This document shows positions 8,012 through 14,506 of a DNA stretch of 24,000 nt, piece by piece (position 1 is the first letter of the stretch; every line of letters begins with the position of its first letter). The notes beneath the pieces are model-generated. The model searched no databases. It was not told where the DNA came from and was given only the letters and a program-made list of their open reading frames with translations. The DNA lies in assembly GCA_963817525.1 (NCBI GenBank), contig CAWFOU010000008.1, forward strand, positions 48,669 to 72,668, written 5' to 3'. A program made the translations under genes and the position numbers. Origin of the DNA: an uncultured archaeon. GTDB lineage: Archaea > Thermoproteota > Nitrososphaeria > Nitrososphaerales > Gagatemarchaeaceae.

Positions 8012-8905
8012 CTACTTCTTCTTGATCGCTTCCGCGATGACCGGCGCCACGCTCACGAAGCTTATCGGCCCCGCGAAGGTGTCGGTCCCTACCACGCCCT
8101 CTATGTTGTTGCTGTACATCAGTGGGAGGGCGTTGAGGCTGAGCACTGGGTGGGTGCACCCCACGTAGATCTTGCGAGCCCCCGCCTTCTTGACGAGGTT
8201 CGCTGCCTCCACGATGGTGTTGCCCGTGCTGATGATGTCGTCGATGATTATGGCGTCCCTGCCCTTGACGTTGACGCCTTCGCCGCCCCTGACCTTGACT
8301 TTGACCTCGGTCGAGGAGAACCTCGTCTTCTGGAGGATCGCGTAGTCGGTCTTAATCTTCGCGGCGGCCACCTTCGCCCACTGCTCGGACTCGTCGTCGG
8401 GGCCGATGATTATCGCGTTCTTCGGCGTGAATATCCTGTTGATGTATTCGGCGATGTATGGGACCGCGGTGAGGTTGGTCGCGGGGATCTTGAACACTTC
8501 CTTGAGGGACGGGACCCTCTGGAGGTGGACGTCGATTGTGAATATCCTGCTAGGGCCTGCCTGCTCGAGGAGCTTGGCCACGAGGTGGAAGCTCAGCGGC
8601 TCTCCTGGGTGGAACCTGGCGTCTTGCCTTGCGTAGGCAAAGTACGGGATGACGACGCTTATCGACTTGGGGCTCGCGCTCTTGAACGCGTCCATGGTGA
8701 GCAGGTACTCCATGATGAGCTCGTCCGGCCTACCCCCTAGCGGGTGGATGTAGACGATGTCCTGACCCTTTATGTCTTCTTCGATCTTGAGGTACTGCTC
8801 GCCGTCCGGGAACCTTTGTCTCTTGACCTTGCCAAGCTTCGCTCCGGTTAGGAGCGACGTCCTGACTGCTAGGGTCTCGCCTGCCGAACCTCCAAAGATT
8901 ATCAT
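8012..8905 (-). CDS. prs: Ribose-phosphate pyrophosphokinase (PRPP synthetase)
   Basis: Motifs FPDGE, YFAYARQDARF and the PRPP-binding loop DAIIIDDIISTGNT. Lies 16 nt downstream of the R15P isomerase gene. Confidence 0.9.
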   Translation of the reverse strand: MIIFGGSAGETLAVRTSLLTGAKLGKVKRQRFPDGEQYLKIEEDIKGQDIVYIHPLGGRPDELIMEYLLTMDAFKSASPKSISVVIPYFAYARQDARFHPGEPLSFHLVAKLLEQAGPSRIFTIDVHLQRVPSLKEVFKIPATNLTAVPYIAEYINRIFTPKNAIIIGPDDESEQWAKVAAAKIKTDYAILQKTRFSSTEVKVKVRGGEGVNVKGRDAIIIDDIISTGNTIVEAANLVKKAGARKIYVGCTHPVLSLNALPLMYSNNIEGVVGTDTFAGPISFVSVAPVIAEAIKKK

Positions 8906-8921
8906 TTTTACTCGTTCTCGC

Positions 8922-9971
8922 TTAACGGGCGCCGGATTTCGCCTGGGCGCCTTCGGTGTACTGGTAGAGCTCCTTCATCAGCGAGAAGACCGCTCCGGGC
9001 GGCACGATGCCCTTCTCGGTGACGTAGAAGTCGATGTATTCCGGTGGGGTGACGTCGAAGACAGGGTTGCTGAACTTCACCTTGGGGTTGTTCGCGCTCC
9101 ATTCCTTCGAGGCGATCTCCGTGTAATCCCTCTCCTCGATGTCTACCAATTCGCCGTTCAAGGTCTTGAAATCGAGCTTATAAGTTTCAGCGGCCACGAT
9201 GAAGTTTACCCGCGCCTCGTGTGCCATCGTCGCGACCTGCGAGGTCCCGATCTTGTTCACCAAGGCCCCGTTCACCGCTATCGCGTCGCAGCCTACCACG
9301 GCCTTGTCGGCGTGTGCCATGTTCACCCTGCAGGCAGAGTCGCAGATGAGGGTGGTGTCGATCCCATAGGCCGCGAGGGCCGCCGCGGTCTTGTGGCCCT
9401 GGAACTTGGGCCTCGTCTCGTCGCAGAACACCTTGATGCCCTTGCCCATGTCGTAGGCCTTCTTCAGGATGCTCATGGCGGCTTCGCTGTTGCAGTGGGT
9501 GATGATGATGTCGCCGTTCTTGACCCGCCTTGCTCCTATCTCTCCGATGAGCTTTACGGCCTCCACGCTGGAGATGAGGAAGTCGTTCGCGGTGTTCACG
9601 GTCGCGTTCCTGATCTCCTCGACCGTGGCTCCCGACTCGAAGGAGGTCCTGCCTCCATAGAGCACGTAGTTCACGCCGTTGGGGAGGGAGACGGCGGTGG
9701 GCCTAGCAGACCTGAGCTTCTCACCGGCCTTTAGGACGAGGGCCCAGTATTCCCTGGAGTTCTTGGCCTTGGCCTCCTTCGCGTAGTCCCTGAGTGCCTG
9801 TGCGGCGTACCTCGCGATGCGGCCCGCACCGTGGACTCGCATGGACTTTAGGTTGTCATAGGCTTCGTCTACGGTGACTTTCTGGAATTCTTCCTTGCCT
9901 TCCTTTAGTGTCTCCACGTGAACCGTTTCGCCTTCATGGGAGCTTATATATGTATTACCCGCGAAATTCAT
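8922..9971 (-). CDS. eIF-2B alpha/beta/delta-family protein, ribose-1,5-bisphosphate isomerase-like
   Basis: Motifs MRVHGAGRIAR, ARPTAVSL, IITHCNS (Cys), VVGCDAIAVNGALVNKIGT (Asp) and FIVAAETYK. The RuBisCO context supports R15P isomerase rather than a translation factor. The N-terminus is about 30 aa longer than I expect, so the true start may be internal. Confidence 0.8.
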   Translation of the reverse strand: MNFAGNTYISSHEGETVHVETLKEGKEEFQKVTVDEAYDNLKSMRVHGAGRIARYAAQALRDYAKEAKAKNSREYWALVLKAGEKLRSARPTAVSLPNGVNYVLYGGRTSFESGATVEEIRNATVNTANDFLISSVEAVKLIGEIGARRVKNGDIIITHCNSEAAMSILKKAYDMGKGIKVFCDETRPKFQGHKTAAALAAYGIDTTLICDSACRVNMAHADKAVVGCDAIAVNGALVNKIGTSQVATMAHEARVNFIVAAETYKLDFKTLNGELVDIEERDYTEIASKEWSANNPKVKFSNPVFDVTPPEYIDFYVTEKGIVPPGAVFSLMKELYQYTEGAQAKSGAR

Positions 9972-10003
9972 GTCTTACTCGTCGGCGAGAAAATTCGTCT
10001 GTT

Positions 10004-10020
10004 GTCGTCGGCCAGACGAC
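10004..10020 (-). terminator. Hairpin immediately after the arsC stop (terminator candidate)
   Basis: On the minus strand GTCGTC-TGGCC-GACGAC, followed within about 10 nt by AATTTTCTC. It sits between arsC and the R15P isomerase start. Confidence 0.35.
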
Positions 10021-10419
10021 TCAGCCGAGCGATGAGACCTTCATTTCGACCTGGTCCCGGATCTTCCGGACCTGCTCGATCGTCTTCCCCTTCGGGTCCT
10101 CTATCTCCCAGTCGACGAGCTTCTTCTGCATCTTGGCGAGCATCGGCTTGGGGCAGACCTCCTCCACCGAGCAGCCCATGGTGAAGACGTGGGTCGCATG
10201 GTTGATCATCTCGGTGGTAAGGAGCTTGGGCTTGGCCGAGGACACGTCGATCCCCTTCTCCAGCATCGCCTTGACCACGGTGGGGTTGACGGCTTCGGTG
10301 GGCATCGTCCCCGCGCTGGTCGCAATCAGGCCCCGCTTCTTCGCGAAGGCCTCTGCCATCTGGCTCCTGCCCGCGTTGTGGACGCACACGAAGAGGTAAG
10401 AGCCCTCAGACCTTGGCAT
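10021..10419 (-). CDS. arsC: Arsenate reductase, LMW-PTP / thioredoxin-coupled type
   Basis: CVHNAGRSQMAE contains the CX5R(S) P-loop, and there is a downstream Cys pair (MGCSVEEVCP). I place the start at ATG 10419 (MPRSEGSYLF), which follows GGAGGAGAAAGC. The track start at 10455 would overlap the aquaporin by 50 nt. Confidence 0.85.
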   Translation of the reverse strand: MPRSEGSYLFVCVHNAGRSQMAEAFAKKRGLIATSAGTMPTEAVNPTVVKAMLEKGIDVSSAKPKLLTTEMINHATHVFTMGCSVEEVCPKPMLAKMQKKLVDWEIEDPKGKTIEQVRKIRDQVEMKVSSLG

Positions 10420-11092
10420 GCTTTCTCCTCCAGACACCGAATAATAAACCAGCAAGCCCTGCGCCGACCAGTGGACCTATCAGATAGATCAGCAGGTTCC
10501 CGAGATATCCCGAGGACAACGCAGGACCTAGGCTTCTGGCGGGATTGAAAGAGGCCCCCGTGAGCGGACCGATCGCAAGGATCAGGACGAACAGCGTCGC
10601 GCCCACCAGGAGAGCCTGGGCCGCGGCCCTCTTGAGGAAGTGCGAGGCGGTGAGAGCGGCGGCCGCGAGGACGAAGGTGCCCGCCACTTCGAGGGAGACG
10701 CCTTCGGCCTGGGAGATCCCGAACCCGAGCTTCGTCGACCCCAGGGACGCGTTGGATGCCATGCCGCTGAAGATCGCCTTGAGGGTAAGGCCTGCCGAGA
10801 GCGCGCCGAGAAGCTGGAAGAAGACGTAGGGGAAGACAAGCTCCTTCTTGAGCTTCCCCGAGAGTGCGCTCGCGAATGTTATCGCCGGATTGATGTGCGC
10901 GCCGGAGTGCTTCCCTATGAGGAGGATCATCGCGCCAACGGTAAGACCGAAGACCAGGGCGACCGTCGCCAGTTGCTCGAACGACGAGAGGTGAGGAACC
11001 AAGGGAACGAGCACGACCGAACCGGCGCCGAAGAATACGAGGAGATAGGTTCCCAGCATCTCGGACAGGCAGCGTCGGCGAAAGTCCGACAC
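10406..11092 (-). CDS. MIP-family channel (aquaporin/aquaglyceroporin, AqpM/AqpS-like)
   Basis: Two NPA boxes (SGAHINPAITFA and GASFNPARSLGPA) and six hydrophobic segments. I place the start at GTG 11092 (VSDFRRRCLSEMLGTYLLVFFGAGS, a typical aquaporin N-terminus) with AAGGGAG upstream. The track maximum extends to TTG 11191. Confidence 0.85.
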   Translation of the reverse strand: MSDFRRRCLSEMLGTYLLVFFGAGSVVLVPLVPHLSSFEQLATVALVFGLTVGAMILLIGKHSGAHINPAITFASALSGKLKKELVFPYVFFQLLGALSAGLTLKAIFSGMASNASLGSTKLGFGISQAEGVSLEVAGTFVLAAAALTASHFLKRAAAQALLVGATLFVLILAIGPLTGASFNPARSLGPALSSGYLGNLLIYLIGPLVGAGLAGLLFGVWRRKHAKV

Positions 11093-11233
11093 CGCCAGCG
11101 GGGCTCCCTTCCCTAGCGAAGGGTTCAGGCTCGGCCCTGCCCCTGAACGGTCGGCGGGGGGCGGATGCAGCAACGACACGTGCGACAACAAGACTCCGTC
11201 ACTATACCCTCATGGATCGGCGGCTCTGGGTAG

Positions 11234-11467
11234 TTATCGGCCGCATTCGCCGAGGTATCCGCCGTCCGCCTTCCTCACGAGCCCGTGCACCACCAGCCTC
11301 CGGACGATCCTGGACACTATCTCCTGGTGGAGGGAGGTGGCCTCCTTGAGCCTGCCGAACGAGACCGGCTCACTAGAACTGCAGATCACGTTGCAGACCG
11401 TGGACTCGCGATCCGTGAGCTGGACGCAGTCCGCCTTCATGCAATCGTCGACGCAGCAGGCCATCAT
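11234..11467 (-). CDS. Small winged-helix regulator with Cys-rich N-terminus (ArsR-like role inferred)
   Basis: 77 aa. The N-terminus MMACCVDDCMKADCVQ...CNVIC has six Cys in 29 residues. It is followed by an HTH-like segment, FGRLKEATSLHQEIVSRIVRRLVVHGLVRKADGGY. Lies upstream of aquaporin-arsC on the same strand. Confidence 0.5.
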   Translation of the reverse strand: MMACCVDDCMKADCVQLTDRESTVCNVICSSSEPVSFGRLKEATSLHQEIVSRIVRRLVVHGLVRKADGGYLGECGR

Positions 11468-11550
11468 GTGCGATTAACGGATGGTCTCTTCGACCTATTT
11501 ATTGACTGCCCAAAGGTTGCCGTTCTTATAGTCCGTCAGGCTATCGGCAT

Positions 11551-12735
11551 ATGGCCGAAGATAAAGGCGGCGCGGACTCGGTAAGGCTCACCTGGCCTCC
11601 GCTGGAAGAAGACCTGAGGAGGCTCTACGTTGTGGAGAAACTTTCCGCTTCGAAGATCGCAAAGGCGTATGGACTTCAGTATGCTAGCGAAAAGACCGCG
11701 GAGTCGACGATCCTCCACCATCTCAAGAAAAACGGGATAGCCAGACGAGACGCGGCAGCGCACATCAGGAAGGTTACCCAGAAGATGGCGGACGAGTGGG
11801 TCGTCAGGTATCAGAAGGGCGAGTCGCTGAAACAGATTGCGGGGGATGCGGTCGACGCGGTCACGGTCTTCAACCATCTCCACAAGCGGGGCCTAAGCCT
11901 CAGGGACAAGGTCGAGGCGCAGATCAAGGCCGTAACGATTCACGACAAGAAGCCGTTCCAAGGGAGTCCGGCGGATCGGGCGTATCTCGCAGGAATCACG
12001 AGGGGAGATTTCTGGGCGGGACGACACGGACGTGCAGTTCGAGTTAGGCTAGGCACAACTCATCCGGACATGGCCGCCCTGTTTCGTCTGCTATTTGGGT
12101 GGCACGGTCCGATTTACGAATATCCAAAGCCCGCCGCGCTAACGGAATACGAATGGATACTAGATTGCGATCTTGACTCAAGTTTTGAGTTTCTGATACA
12201 ATCCAAGGCTGACGTATCCGAGATCATTCGCAGTTCTGACCTATTCATGAGCTTCCTCGCGGGCTTCTTCGACGCCGAGGGCACGGTCTACTTCCACAAG
12301 AAACGTAGCGGCGGTGCGTTTGAACTGGCCATGGCAAATACGGACGAAGGACTCCTCCGCGACATTAGAGACGAACTGGCGCGACGTGGATTCGCGGTCA
12401 AGCTCGAGCGAACTAAACAATATCGAGCCGAAGCCGTCAGGCGCGGAATAAAGAACCCCGGCGAGTTCATTTGGCGGATATTAGTTTGGCGATTTGAGGA
12501 CGTTCGCAGGTTGATGACGGCGATGCCAATTAGACACGCGGAGAGGACGGCCAAGTTTGCGATTGCGCTCAAGCTCGGCTACAGACCAAGGCACGAGGAT
12601 CGTGAGAGAGTATTGATTGAATGGAGGTCCCTAAGGACCTCGATTAGAACTAGCCGCGACGCCTACGTCGCCCAAGCGAAGGCAATTTGCAGCTCCAAAG
12701 AACGAAGTAAGTTTAAAACATACTCAGTTCAGTAA
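11551..12735 (+). mobile_element. Free-standing LAGLIDADG homing-endonuclease-family gene with N-terminal HTH repeats
   Basis: 394 aa with two LAGLIDADG motifs (YLAGITRGDF and FLAGFFDAEGTV). Two HTH-like units precede them (LSASKIAKAYGL...LKKNGI and ESLKQIAGDAV...LHKRGL). Visibly more AT-rich than its neighbours (26/60 G+C in 12181-12240 against 39/60 in 12841-12900 of nuoD). Confidence 0.8.
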
Positions 12736-12754
12736 ATAGAGTCTGAAACAAGCT

Positions 12755-13876
12755 CTAATGGTCTGCCTCGACCGGCCAATAATTCAATCCCCAGTACACT
12801 GGTGGGATGTCTGCGACGTGTATCCCCCTGAGCAGGTGGGGCATCACCCGCATGTTTTTGAAGCTCGGGACGCCGAGCTTGAGCCTGTAGGGCCGGGGGC
12901 TCCCATCGCTGACGATGAAGTAGCTCATCTCGCCGTGCGCGGCCTCCGTCCTCGCGTAGACCTCGCCTGGGGGGACGCGCGGCGCGGGGCCGAGCTTGAG
13001 CCTGACAGGGCCCGGCGGGATGTTCTTGAAGGCCTGCCTGAGGATCTTGACCGATTCCCTCATCTCGTGGAGGGCGACGTAGGCCCTCGCCCAGCAGTCG
13101 CCCTCGTTCTGCGAGGCGACCGAGAAGTCGAACTCGGGGTAGGCGCCGTAGGGCTCGGCCCTCCTGATGTCGTGCGCCACCCCTGACGCCCTCAGGACGG
13201 TGCCCGTCGCGCCAAGCCTGATGGCGTCCTCCTTGGTCAGCACGCCGACGCCCTTCGACCTCTCCTCCCAGAGGGGGTTCTTGAAGAATATCTTCTCGTA
13301 CTCGTCCATCCTCTTCTCGAACCAGTCGAGCGTCTCGAATGCCTGGGTCGTGAGGCCCTCGGGCATGTCGTTCCTCACCCCCCCGGGTATGATGTACGCG
13401 AAGGTGACCCGGGCGCCCCCGATCCTGGCTGCGATGTCGATGAAGAGGTCCCTGTCTCCCATGCACCATGTGATCATGGTGGTCTGCCCCACGAAGAGGC
13501 CGAGGATGCCCAGGTAGTACTCGTGGGAGATTATCCTGTTGAGCTCCGCCATTATGACCCGGAGGTACTCGGCCCTGGGCGGGATCTTGTTGTTCATGAG
13601 CTGGTCGACCGCGAGGGAGTAGGCGAAGAGTATCCCGGAGCTGTCGAGGATGACTGGCCTCTCGAGGTGGGGGACGTTCTGGATGTAGTTCCTGTACTCG
13701 CACATCTTCTCCTCGCCCCTGTGCACGTAGCCGGGGTCGGGGTCCGCCCTGACCACATAGTCCCCGTCGAGCCAAAGGCGGATGCGAAAGTGGCCGGCCC
13801 CCGGGTGCTGTGGCCCGAGCGAGACGGCCATGATCTTGTCCGAGTCCGGCGAGTACTCGAAGGCTGCGGATGCCAT
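12755..13876 (-). CDS. nuoD: NADH:quinone oxidoreductase subunit D (49-kDa/Nqo4 family)
   Basis: Motifs LGPQHPGAGHFR and GYVHRGEEK, with the C-terminal ...PPVYWGLNYWPVEADH. 373 aa. Starts 3 nt after the nuoC stop. Confidence 0.92.
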   Translation of the reverse strand: MASAAFEYSPDSDKIMAVSLGPQHPGAGHFRIRLWLDGDYVVRADPDPGYVHRGEEKMCEYRNYIQNVPHLERPVILDSSGILFAYSLAVDQLMNNKIPPRAEYLRVIMAELNRIISHEYYLGILGLFVGQTTMITWCMGDRDLFIDIAARIGGARVTFAYIIPGGVRNDMPEGLTTQAFETLDWFEKRMDEYEKIFFKNPLWEERSKGVGVLTKEDAIRLGATGTVLRASGVAHDIRRAEPYGAYPEFDFSVASQNEGDCWARAYVALHEMRESVKILRQAFKNIPPGPVRLKLGPAPRVPPGEVYARTEAAHGEMSYFIVSDGSPRPYRLKLGVPSFKNMRVMPHLLRGIHVADIPPVYWGLNYWPVEADH

Positions 13877-13879
13877 TGC

Positions 13880-14470
13880 CTATCGCCCCGGCGAGACGTA
13901 GTCCTTCCTCAGCGGCGGGATGTCGTTCCAGTCCTCGGGGAGGAGCAGGCGCCTCAGGTCTGGGTGCCCCTCGAAGACTATCCCCAGCATCTCGAAGGTC
14001 TCCCTCTCGTGGTACTCGGCGCCGGTCCAGACGCCGACGAGCGACGGGGCCTTTGGGGAGTCCTCCCTGGGCAGCCGCTCCGCGAGCTGGACGACCAGGT
14101 CCTGCTGCCCGGGGACCGAGAGAGAGCCCACGAAGTAGATGACCTCGAACTCCTTCAGCGCGATGTAGTCCGTCCCGCCCACCACGTTGAGGTGGTCGAA
14201 CCCCAGCCCGTCCCGCACGTAGATGGCGACGTCCTTGATCTGGGCGGGAGAGGCGGTGACCTTCACCCTGTGCGGCTTGACATAGTCCACCTTCGTGGAT
14301 GGGAACTTCGCGACTATCTTGTCGGCGAGCGACTTGGTCCTGGACGTGTCAGGAGGAGCGGGGGCGGGCGCTGGAGCCGCAGGGGGAGCCGGGGCTGGGG
14401 CGGCGGCGGGAGGCTGAGGGGGAGCGGGGGGCGGGGCGCTGGCGTTCTGGGCGGGTTGGGCTGGTTGCAC
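13880..14470 (-). CDS. nuoC: NADH:quinone oxidoreductase subunit C (30-kDa/Nqo5 family) with Pro/Ala-rich N-terminal extension
   Basis: Contains AEYHERETFEMLGIVFEGHPDLRRLLLPEDW. GTG start at 14470 is preceded by GAGAGGAATTGTGA, an SD-like sequence. The first ~40 residues are almost only P/A/Q. Confidence 0.88.
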   Translation of the reverse strand: MQPAQPAQNASAPPPAPPQPPAAAPAPAPPAAPAPAPAPPDTSRTKSLADKIVAKFPSTKVDYVKPHRVKVTASPAQIKDVAIYVRDGLGFDHLNVVGGTDYIALKEFEVIYFVGSLSVPGQQDLVVQLAERLPREDSPKAPSLVGVWTGAEYHERETFEMLGIVFEGHPDLRRLLLPEDWNDIPPLRKDYVSPGR

Positions 14471-14506
14471 TCACAATTCCTCTCGTTCGTTGGGACGCGG
14501 GTCTCT

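Noticed and set aside
7690-8025. 111-aa track ORF downstream of rbcL
   Set aside because: It is Arg/Pro/Leu-rich with no motifs, and it runs through a hairpin/T6 terminator and into the prs 3' end. The alternative 56-aa frame (7655-7825) has an RBS, host-like GC3 and a proper terminator.
11093-11191. 33-aa N-terminal extension of the aquaporin (TTG start) and a 12-aa extension of ArsC (10420-10455)
   Set aside because: The extensions are non-hydrophobic or Pro-rich, use weak start codons and create long gene overlaps. Internal starts with SD-like sequences reproduce typical family N-termini.
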